From Candidatus Nanohalobium sp. (GTDB taxonomy: Archaea; Nanohalarchaeota; Nanosalinia; Nanosalinales; Nanosalinaceae): DNA of 45,293 nt. The notes beneath the pieces were generated by a model that ran no database searches, had not been told where the DNA came from, and was given only the letters and a program-made list of their open reading frames with translations. Where the stretch lies: assembly GCA_042216335.1 (NCBI GenBank), contig JBDGTY010000040.1, forward strand, positions 1-45,293, given 5' to 3'. Positions 27,174 to 35,800 of the stretch are shown piece by piece. Every line of letters begins with the position of its first letter. Position 1 is the stretch's first letter. The translations under genes were made by a program, and so were the position numbers.

Positions 27174-27561
27174 TCCTTACAGTCACCTCGCCGTCACCGG
27201 TCTTCTTCAACGTCCAGCCGCCACCAGTGAAGATATTCGTCTCCTTAACCTCCAGACCCTTTTTCTTACAGGCGTAAAAGGTGACTGTATCGCTCGTGGC
27301 AGTGCTACTGGCAGTGTTATCTTTAGAGATGTGGATGCTCTCACTGGGGTCCAGGTTCAGGGTCACCGTTGTGCTTCGCATGGAAGAACTGCAAAGTGTC
27401 TCAAGCGACTCGTTCAACTTCTCAAGATTCTGACCTCCTGTACCTGAAGAATCCGGTGCAAGACCATTCGCCACTCCTAGACTTACTTTCATTCCTACCA
27501 GTGCGGCGACCAGGCCGAGTATCACGGTCACGACTATGCTAGGCATACCGCCCTTCATCAC
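27166..27561 (-). CDS. Minor pilin-like protein
   Basis: MMKG|GMPSIVVTVILGLVAALVG; LNESLETLC helix then beta-rich head. Confidence 0.75.
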   Translation of the reverse strand: MMKGGMPSIVVTVILGLVAALVGMKVSLGVANGLAPDSSGTGGQNLEKLNESLETLCSSSMRSTTVTLNLDPSESIHISKDNTASSTATSDTVTFYACKKKGLEVKETNIFTGGGWTLKKTGDGEVTVRNG

Positions 27562-27781
27562 TCTTCAACCCCTGTACTGTACCTTCGATCGATCCCGAGG
27601 TTTTCTTACAGTCCCCTTTAGCAGGATTACAGTCTATAATCCCGTTATCACCTTCTTTACCTATCACTGCATCCCTGGCCTCGCCGAGAACGTTCTGAGA
27701 AAAGCCGAAAACCAGCGCTATCACAGCCACAGCCAGGCCTATGGTGATGAGTATTGCTGTCTCACTGCTCATGGCAACCAC
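27539..27781 (-). CDS. Small pilin-like protein (start GTG 27781 or ATG 27772)
   Basis: MSSETAILITIGLAVAVIALVFG; two Cys. Confidence 0.7.
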   Translation of the reverse strand: MVAMSSETAILITIGLAVAVIALVFGFSQNVLGEARDAVIGKEGDNGIIDCNPAKGDCKKTSGSIEGTVQGLKSDEGRYA

Positions 27782-27894
27782 CCGATGAGCGCCTGTTCCC
27801 CGCCGCTGATATAGCTACTGGCCGTGAACATCAAAATCATAAAAGCAGTGATTCCCAAGGCAAGAGAGACAACTATGCGGATGGAGATACTCAT
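27769..27894 (-). CDS. 41-aa pilin-like microprotein (not in ORF track)
   Basis: MSISIRIVVSLALGITAFMILMFTASSYISGGEQALIGWLP*; ATGA overlaps with both neighbours. Confidence 0.75.
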   Translation of the reverse strand: MSISIRIVVSLALGITAFMILMFTASSYISGGEQALIGWLP

Positions 27895-28160
27895 ATACTT
27901 CTATAAGAAGAGGCTGCATTAAGTTTTCTTCCCTTATCTAGACTCACAGAATGTACCGCATCTCCATCTTTACCCTCCTTCAGAGGAGCCGAACTCGGAG
28001 TCACCTGGTCCGGAGTATTCTTCTCCGAGATACCGATTAACTTATCCACCTCATCCTGAATAACACCGGAAGCGATAGCGAAAAACACAGCCATAAACAT
28101 CAAAATCAGGACCAGGACCGCAGTCGAATTAATCGGCAAACTTACTCCTTTTCTACCCAT
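27891..28160 (-). CDS. Small pilin-like protein (start moved to ATG 28160)
   Basis: MGRKG|VSLPINSTAVLVLILMFMAVFF. Confidence 0.8.
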   Translation of the reverse strand: MGRKGVSLPINSTAVLVLILMFMAVFFAIASGVIQDEVDKLIGISEKNTPDQVTPSSAPLKEGKDGDAVHSVSLDKGRKLNAASSYRSI

Positions 28161-28198
28161 ATGATTCACATAAATCTCCTCCTTCAAATCACTTTGCC

Positions 28199-30355
28199 CT
28201 AGTATGCACATGCAGGAATAATCTTCTTCTGAGCTGTCCTAACCTTCGCAATGCTCAATCCTCCCTTATCGGAGTCCGATCTTAAACTTATCGAATTAAC
28301 ATTACCGGATTTTATGCCGATACTCTGGGAAGCATACTTCGAACCAGCAAAGACGAATGCCAGTCTGGCCTGATCTCCCGACAAGTCCAGGACGTAACCG
28401 AAATCTCCAACTTTTCCGGCGCCTATATCGGCTGGATTGAAGTCTAAATCTCCTCCCGGGTAGGTGGCTGTATAACTCCTCTCCGCGTTCAACTTGTCAT
28501 AGTTAACATATATCTGAGACTTCTTCTTTCCATTGACCTTTAAGATGATCGAGCTAGGTACTCTGGGATAATCGGTTGTTCTGTACGTATATCTAAGTTT
28601 GAACTTGTCTACGGCCCCTGATACACTCCACTTGGCACTCGAAGGACTCCCCTGCGAAGTCACAAATAGTTTACTATCTCTGTACTCGACATTACCACTC
28701 TTAACTGCATCATCGAGAACATCCCTCTGACTTGGCTGACACTGACCGCTCCCACTCTCCTTTAGGAACCATCCAGGACGGAAAACTTCTATCTTCCGAC
28801 TTTCCTTGAACTTCTTGAATCCGACCCGAGTAATTTTGAAACTGCACTCGAGTTTCGAACTTAAGCTTTCAGGCGAGATAGTTTTATTCATTCTGGCTTC
28901 TCTAGGGCTGCAGGTTCTGCCTTTAGGTGCTTCGAAACCAAAGAAACCTCCGAGACTCTCATCGCTACCAGTCCGAATACAGTTCCCGTTCTTACCAAAC
29001 TTGTTGTTCGTGATAGCGATCATAGGAAATACAGCATTTTCGATCCTTGAGATGCTGCCTGTAGCCTCTCCTGTATTAGGAAGCCATTTGGCGTTTGTTT
29101 GAACGTACCCTCGTGCACCCTTACAGAACTTGTATTCGACTTCCTCGATAAAGTCCTCGAACTTTCCTTCACCTAATGAGTCATGTTTGTTTTTCTTTGT
29201 TTCGTATCCGCTGGTAGTGTACTGAGGGGTGGCTGGAGCGATCATCGGGACATTCACCATCCTGACTCGGTAGTTGTAAAGTCCCTCTAACTTGCCGTTC
29301 TTAAAGTGGGTGTCGTGGAGATTTTTGCTCTCAGCTAAGGCAGGGTTTGCTGGATTTCCTGTATTGCATGATTTTCCCAGCACTAAGGATTCAGCAAATT
29401 CCAAACCCGCAAGTTCAGCATCAAGAATTTGCTTAGCAAGGTTTCCATAGTCTAATATCGGACCTTTCCATTCAGCCTTCTTGATTTTTGATGCATCGCA
29501 TTCAAAAAGGACTAGTTCATCGGCATAGAGTTCTGCATCTTTTTGGTTAAATATGCGATCGTCCATGAGTCCAGTCCACCATTTGCCTGGTTTACCCCCT
29601 TTAGGTACGAACACGGCGTTTGTAAAGCCTCTCCAGAAGGCAGGGGGTTCTTCATCTTTCGGCATTACCTCTCCTTCAAGTCTGATTCCCATCAGTACTT
29701 CAGGACAGTTTTCCGCTTTGTACCTGTCAGCAGGGCAGGGTTTGAAGTCTCCGATGCTGAATGTTGTGTTGATTTTGAAGTATTCGCGTCCGTACCGTCC
29801 TTCCATGTCGTTAGATGTTTCCGATACATCTGGACTTAGAGGATTAAGGTTCTGTAGGGTATCATCTATTGGATTGACGTCGATTGCCTTGGCTCCGATG
29901 CAGGTTGGGTTGAAGTTTGTCCTGTTTACAAGAGCGTTTATAGGGTTCCTGTTGGAGGCATCTGCTTTCTTGTTGTTTCCTGTGTTGCCGAAGTGTGCTA
30001 TTAATCCTGCTGATTTTTTGGGTTTTCTAAATATCTTGTCCATTGCTTTGATGGTGTTGCAGTTTACTGCGGCCATCATGTTGAATGCTATGAGGCCGCG
30101 CATCTGTGCTTCTGCGTCGTCGTCTCTGAAGTTTTGGTTGACTGTGAATTGGCTGTTGTCGCTTCCGATGTCTCCGCCTATTATTACTGTTTGTGGGCCT
30201 AGGCTGTCCAGTGCGTTGCTTAGTTTGTCTGTGCCGGGGCCGAGTGTCTGTGCGTGTATCCCGCTTATGACCTGGTAGCCGATGACGAGTCCCATGACTG
30301 CGAGGACTAGTTTGGCGGTGTGTGAGAAGGGGAATGACATTCCTTTTTTCAGCAT
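28199..30355 (-). CDS. 718-aa pilin-anchored adhesin-like protein (true start ATG 30355)
   Basis: MLKKG|MSFPFSHTAKLVLAVMGLVIG; GGAGG upstream; Cys-rich; beta-rich C-terminal domain. Confidence 0.8.
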   Translation of the reverse strand: MLKKGMSFPFSHTAKLVLAVMGLVIGYQVISGIHAQTLGPGTDKLSNALDSLGPQTVIIGGDIGSDNSQFTVNQNFRDDDAEAQMRGLIAFNMMAAVNCNTIKAMDKIFRKPKKSAGLIAHFGNTGNNKKADASNRNPINALVNRTNFNPTCIGAKAIDVNPIDDTLQNLNPLSPDVSETSNDMEGRYGREYFKINTTFSIGDFKPCPADRYKAENCPEVLMGIRLEGEVMPKDEEPPAFWRGFTNAVFVPKGGKPGKWWTGLMDDRIFNQKDAELYADELVLFECDASKIKKAEWKGPILDYGNLAKQILDAELAGLEFAESLVLGKSCNTGNPANPALAESKNLHDTHFKNGKLEGLYNYRVRMVNVPMIAPATPQYTTSGYETKKNKHDSLGEGKFEDFIEEVEYKFCKGARGYVQTNAKWLPNTGEATGSISRIENAVFPMIAITNNKFGKNGNCIRTGSDESLGGFFGFEAPKGRTCSPREARMNKTISPESLSSKLECSFKITRVGFKKFKESRKIEVFRPGWFLKESGSGQCQPSQRDVLDDAVKSGNVEYRDSKLFVTSQGSPSSAKWSVSGAVDKFKLRYTYRTTDYPRVPSSIILKVNGKKKSQIYVNYDKLNAERSYTATYPGGDLDFNPADIGAGKVGDFGYVLDLSGDQARLAFVFAGSKYASQSIGIKSGNVNSISLRSDSDKGGLSIAKVRTAQKKIIPACAY

Positions 30356-30528
30356 AGTTGTGTTCCTCCGGCTGTAAGGTCTGATAGGAGGCTTCTGAGT
30401 GCTCCGCAGCTTTTTGCTGCTGCTCCTGCGTCGTATATCAGTGGTACTACGACCACGATTATGACTCCGATTGCTATTATGCCGAGGCCCAGTTTGACGA
30501 GCATGTCTGTTCCTATGCTTCCTTTCAT
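30349..30528 (-). CDS. 59-aa mini-pilin (not in ORF track)
   Basis: MKG|SIGTDMLVKLGLGIIAIGVIIVVVVPLIYDAGAAAKSCGALRSLLSDLTAGGTQLC*. Confidence 0.85.
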   Translation of the reverse strand: MKGSIGTDMLVKLGLGIIAIGVIIVVVVPLIYDAGAAAKSCGALRSLLSDLTAGGTQLC

Positions 30529-30641
30529 ATCGGCAACCCTCGTGTCCAGAATAGCAGGAGTGCTGCAATTAGAACTACCATGAGGACTGCTTCCATCATC
30601 AGATCCTCTTCCAGCCCCTTCCTATCCTGCAGTGATCCCAC
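30525..30641 (-). CDS. 38-aa mini-pilin-like protein (not in ORF track)
   Basis: GGAGG-8nt-GTG; MGSLQDRKG|LEEDLMMEAVLMVVLIAALLLFWTRGLPI*; ATGA overlap with next gene. Confidence 0.65.
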   Translation of the reverse strand: MGSLQDRKGLEEDLMMEAVLMVVLIAALLLFWTRGLPI

Positions 30642-32775
30642 CTATTATGCCTCCGAACATGACCGATATCAAGATCAGTGATATTGAGTAGATTATCAGG
30701 CCTGAAATAAGTATCTTTCCGACGAACATGTTGCGGTAGGTCAGGTTCTCGCCGTGCCGGATCTTCATGTAGAAGTGGCCGAGGATGTGGAGCAGCTGGA
30801 TGAGGTAGATTCCTACGACGAGCTGGAGTGCCTCCGGCGGTATCGCGGTGTCAAGGTTGCCTAGGATGCCTGAGAAGCTTCCTACTCCGGTTCCTGCTCC
30901 GGGACTCTGGATGTTGCCCTGTATATTGGAGAACGAGCTGCTTAGCTGGAACATGGCTGTTATGATTGTCTGGCTCATGCCTACTGCTACGCCGGATACG
31001 ACGGGTGCGAGCAGGTATGCCAGCATCTGGATCGTCGTCGTAGTTTCCTCCAGTAGGTCGTTCAGCTGTTCCTGTGTCTGGTGGATGTTGTCGAGGTAGC
31101 GGCTTATCGTGGTCATCGCCATCGAGGCCATCTTCGTGCCTTTCTCCGATGACTCCAGGATGGCCTTCATGACTGTCCTGATCATCTGGCTGGGGTACTC
31201 TCTCAGGGAACCGTTCTGCTCGTCGAATATCGCGTCCTCGAACGTCATCCCCATGGTCCGGACGTTGTCGGAGGCCGAGCGGAAGAGTCCGGAGATCTCC
31301 AGGTCCGATGTGGATTCCGCGGCTTCATCCAATGCCAGCTCAATCGGTGTTCCTCCGGAGATCTTGTTGCCCAGCTGGAACAGTGCGGTCGGGAACTGGG
31401 ACTCTATCTTCTCCAGATGCTCCTCGGCCTCCTTCCGCTCCTTGTTGCCAAGGATCCTGTGGACACCGATCCCCATGCCGGCCCCGACCACCAGTGAGAT
31501 ACTCCTCATAAGCATGGGAATCGGCGCGTAGCCTGTCTCGGCCTGGAAGATGGCAGGTGCGTTCGATACCTGGTTCGCCACCTCCTCCGATAAAGGATAG
31601 AAGTGCGGAAAGCTGAAATATCCCCACATGCCGTACGCGCCAATCACAAGGAAAAATAGAAGACCTATCGGCCATGTAGGCACACGCATGTTCAGTCCTA
31701 ACCTGTTTATAGTGTACTTCCCTCTCTCCGGCAGCTCGTTTTTTGAAACAGGCTTGGAGGAGACTGTAGGCGGCCGCGAGGAAAGTATCTTCTGCATGAA
31801 CCAGTAGAGGAATACAGGCAGCATTATGTTAAACGACAGAAACAGATGTATTATCTTGATCGAGCCGCCCATGAACACGGAGATCAGCGGCAGCATGATC
31901 ATGCCGAGGACTGGCAGCATCGCTCCCATCGCGTTCAGGATCATTACAGGCGTCTTCAGGTTCTGTGCGTAGTGCTTCATCTTCTCCTTGGTGCCGTCCA
32001 GGATGCGGTCGATAGAGTCCTGCAGCAGGTCGTCCCGCCTGTCCGGGTTTGGCTCGTTCACAGCCGCCTTCAAGAGCTGTAGGGACTCGAGGTAGTCCTC
32101 GTTGTAGTCCTTCCATGCCTGAGTATAGTTCTCCAGCGAGTCCTCTATTCTGTTGTATTTTCCGACTTCCAGATCCCAGAGAACGCCTTTCAGGTCGTCC
32201 GAAATCGGGCCGTCGAGGTTAAGAGCGGCGAAACGGATAGCGCCCTCCAGGTTAGGTGATGAACGCATGTAGATGACCATGTAGAGGATGGAGAGTATCA
32301 TCTCGCCGGATGAGCGTATGACCTTGTTCTTGGCGCGGAATATGGGTACGTAGTACGTGTATGCTCCGGCGCCGAACGAGAAGAACACTGCGAGAAGCAT
32401 TATCGAAGTGGGAAACAATCCGATCATCATGTTCAGGGCGAAGAGGAGCCCCCAGCCCAGGAAGGCACCGAAACCGACCATCACTGATGCGGAAAGTACC
32501 ATCCCTGGCGTTATATCCCAGCCAAGTAATTTTATCGGAGGATTCAGATCCTCCTTGACTGATTCATCTGCCTTCAAACTCAGGATGGAAGAAGACTTGT
32601 AACAGAGTTTCTCGTACCTGTTCAGCTTGCTTTCACGCTGTTCCTCTTCCTTGTACTCCTGGTACTTCCTTGAATAGCCGCTGGAATCCGAATTATTGTC
32701 GTACGGCGGCATCTCGACATCCCTGTTGATATCGTCAATTATGTCCTTAAGGTCTTCCTTCTCTTCCTCGTTCAA
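30622..32775 (-). CDS. Type IV pilus membrane platform protein (PilC/TadC, two T2SSF-like domains)
   Basis: Two cytoplasmic domains (YMRSSPNLEGAI; FPTALFQLGNKISGGTPIELAL) separated by TM blocks; directly downstream of the ATPase. Confidence 0.88.
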   Translation of the reverse strand: MNEEEKEDLKDIIDDINRDVEMPPYDNNSDSSGYSRKYQEYKEEEQRESKLNRYEKLCYKSSSILSLKADESVKEDLNPPIKLLGWDITPGMVLSASVMVGFGAFLGWGLLFALNMMIGLFPTSIMLLAVFFSFGAGAYTYYVPIFRAKNKVIRSSGEMILSILYMVIYMRSSPNLEGAIRFAALNLDGPISDDLKGVLWDLEVGKYNRIEDSLENYTQAWKDYNEDYLESLQLLKAAVNEPNPDRRDDLLQDSIDRILDGTKEKMKHYAQNLKTPVMILNAMGAMLPVLGMIMLPLISVFMGGSIKIIHLFLSFNIMLPVFLYWFMQKILSSRPPTVSSKPVSKNELPERGKYTINRLGLNMRVPTWPIGLLFFLVIGAYGMWGYFSFPHFYPLSEEVANQVSNAPAIFQAETGYAPIPMLMRSISLVVGAGMGIGVHRILGNKERKEAEEHLEKIESQFPTALFQLGNKISGGTPIELALDEAAESTSDLEISGLFRSASDNVRTMGMTFEDAIFDEQNGSLREYPSQMIRTVMKAILESSEKGTKMASMAMTTISRYLDNIHQTQEQLNDLLEETTTTIQMLAYLLAPVVSGVAVGMSQTIITAMFQLSSSFSNIQGNIQSPGAGTGVGSFSGILGNLDTAIPPEALQLVVGIYLIQLLHILGHFYMKIRHGENLTYRNMFVGKILISGLIIYSISLILISVMFGGIIGGITAG

Positions 32776-32830
32776 GACGCTACCACCTGTGATAGCTCGG
32801 CCGAGAAGATCTTTGATCTTCGTATCATGA

Positions 32831-35800
32831 CTACACCTGCTGGTCCAGCCACTCCTTCCACCGGTTTAGAATTCTCTCAGGCTCCTGCCGTCCGTACTCG
32901 TCATGCACCTTCTCCGAGATCAGGTGGAACTGCTGGTTAGCCTTCACCACGAACTCTGCCTCAAGCAAATCATCATCCCCGGTCTCTTCCGCTTTCTCGA
33001 CCAGCTCCTGCTTTATATCCTTCCGCAGCTGGATGTTGTTCCAGACAGCGTCCCAGTTGTTCTTCCATTCCCGGATGTTCTCCGCTATACGGTTCAGGAT
33101 CAGTGACTCGCCGTTGATCAGTGTGTCGGTAGGAACCAGCTCGTCCTCGTTACTGTCATACCTCATCAGGTCGACGAATGCGTTCTCCTCCTGTGGATCG
33201 TCGGTCCACTCCTTCCTCACCTCGGTTATCCCTGTAACACGACGATATGTCTCCAGTCCGTCCGGAGACTTGATCTTGTTGACGGAGACGATGATGTCCG
33301 TCGCCTTGAAAGAAGTCTTCGGAACGTTCAGATCGTTGACAACTCTGTCAAACACGGAGTAGGCATCCTCGCCGTGGATGGTTCCTCCGACGAAGTTCGC
33401 CACGGCCCCGACACGCATAGCCTCGTACAGCGCCTGAGCTTCCTCCGAACGCACCTCTCCTATGACAAGTGCTGAGTCTCCGAGGCGGAGAGAAGTCCTG
33501 ATTGCCTCATCCGCCCCCAGTTCATTCTCGACTTGAGTGATAACCGAGCGAGACTTCATCCTCTCGATGTTGTAGCCTAAATCTTTCATCTGAGGCACTG
33601 GGAGTTCGAGAGTGTTGTGTGCGAGAATATTGGAGGTGATGAAGTTTTCGTCTCCAGGTACAGAGATATCGTAGACTGTTTCCTCTTCTGAGACTTTCTC
33701 TATCGATTTCACCTGGTCCCAGAAGATGTCGCTGTCGGCGAACTGTGAGATCTTCTCCGCCGTCTCCGATCTTCCGATTACCTGTTTCAGTTTCTGTCTT
33801 CCTAGTTCGTTCCCGCGTGTCACGTAGTCGTGCCGCTCCATCTCTGTCTCACTGCAGAGCTCTTCCAGCATATCTCTAGGCAGCGGAACCACATCAGTAG
33901 TGTCGTGAGTGCTTTCTCTATCTTCAAGGTCCAGATTGTCGTTTTTGTAGTCCTGCAGGAATCCGATCTTCTCCTTGAACTTCCTCAGACCTTCAAGGTC
34001 GCTGATACGCATCGACCGCATCTTGCCTGAGTCCCTGGCCCTGCCTCTGATCCCATCGATCAGCAGCAGTGTCTGTATATCCTCGATCAGTTCCTCGTTT
34101 ATCAGGTCGATTCCGGCCTCGTGGCTCGTCGAGTAGCCGTCGCTGCTGTAAAAGCCTCGTAGGAAGGCGTGTCTCTGTTCTTCGGAGGCAGAGAAGATCC
34201 ATTCCGGAATCCTCTTCGAGTACGCATCTCCGGTAAATCCATGCTTCTGCATGACTTCCTTCAATGGCTGGGAATTAGCCATAAGACTGTGTTCATCAGA
34301 GTGCAGTTTAACAGGCAGACCAAACCTCTCGAACACTTCTCTGACCACTTCCTGGCATCTCTCATCCGAAACAGTGACCAGGACGCTCCTGTTGTCGTAG
34401 CACCCGTCCGCCATCCAGAGCCCCAGGAACTCCATAAACCTCTTGTCCAGCTCGATCTCCACAGGCAGCTCCGAGGACGTCCTCTTGTGCTTGTAAACAG
34501 TATCCTTCCCTGTCTCGATGTCCAGTACTTCAACAGCCTCTGCCGGAACGATGTTCTCCCTGACCCAGTACTGAGCAGTATGTTCGGAGTAATCATTTTC
34601 GTCCGCAAAGTCCCTCAACTCGCTTCTGTAGTCTCTTAAATCCAGGTCGTTCTTGAAGTATCCATCAAGTTCAGATGCTTTACTGGAAAGGTTCCATTCT
34701 TTTTCCCCGGAAGGGATATCCAGCTTCCTCGGAGTAACCAGGTGGTCGCCCTCATCAAGCTCAGTAGGCCTGACTTCCGTAATACTTCCCTCATCGCTCA
34801 TGCCGAAGACCGAGTGATCCTCAGTAACCTTCAGCTTCCTCCCGGTTCTGGTCTCAATCTCGTAGATAGGCTTCTCCACATCATGCCGCATGAACAGTGA
34901 GGCATCGCTCCACCGCATATTGCCGGAATCATCCATCGAAAGAACCTTGACATTATCTGGATTTTCCGGCAGGACGTCCCTTCCTCCTCTATCCTCGCTG
35001 CCTTTCTCCTCGATCTGCGTGTCAATCAAATCGCCTATCTCGCCGTACCTGACTTCGCTATCCTTCCTGTAAATAATGCTCGAATCTCCGGTTACACTGT
35101 CCTCTACGCTCACTATGCGGTGGTTTTTCATTATCTCAAGCATTGAGGCAGATAGCAATGAAGTATTATGTGCTATAAGTCCGTTAGCTATGAAATTATG
35201 TTTATTTCCTACGGTCAGGTCAAATACGTGTTCTTCCTCTGGCACCTCCGCTTCTATCTTCTTGATTTTATCCCAGTAGAGATCCGAATCGGCTCTTTCA
35301 GAGAGCTCTTCGAGGAGTTTTTCTGTTTTCCTGTCTGTGGCTTCCCTGTATATATCTGCGGTTGACGCGGCTAGTTTCTGCATAACTTCGATAGAGGGTT
35401 CGGTTTCACTGCTGAGCACTTGAGAGACAGTCTGGTCATGGACTCCCTCGTATTCTTCTCTCTCGATATTCAGTACTTCTCTGAATTCTTTGAGAGCGGC
35501 CATTATCTGTGCAAGTTCTGTAGAGGCTGATTTGAAGTCGTCGATCTTTTTTCTCGCCTTTTTCAGGTTCTTATGTGTCTCCTTCTTTATATTTTCAATT
35601 TCTGTCTCTATCTTCTGTCTTCTATCCTCCGAAGGATCGATTTCGCCGTAACTGTAGTTTTTCACGCTTGTCAGTGGTATCTCTGTCCTGTCTGAGACCT
35701 CTCTGTAAGTCACTATGCCTGCTTCAACCATTTTATCTAACTCTTCCAGATTTGAGCCTGTTTTCTTCTCAAACTTCTTGATGCGAGAATTGAGCGTCTG

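Noticed and set aside
30356-30568. Arg-rich N-terminal extension of the 789-aa ORF
   Set aside because: Off-frame reading of two real mini-pilin genes; the class III leader starts at 30355.
32772-32830. 18-codon ORF between the ATPase and platform genes
   Set aside because: No hydrophobic or other motif; indistinguishable from chance.
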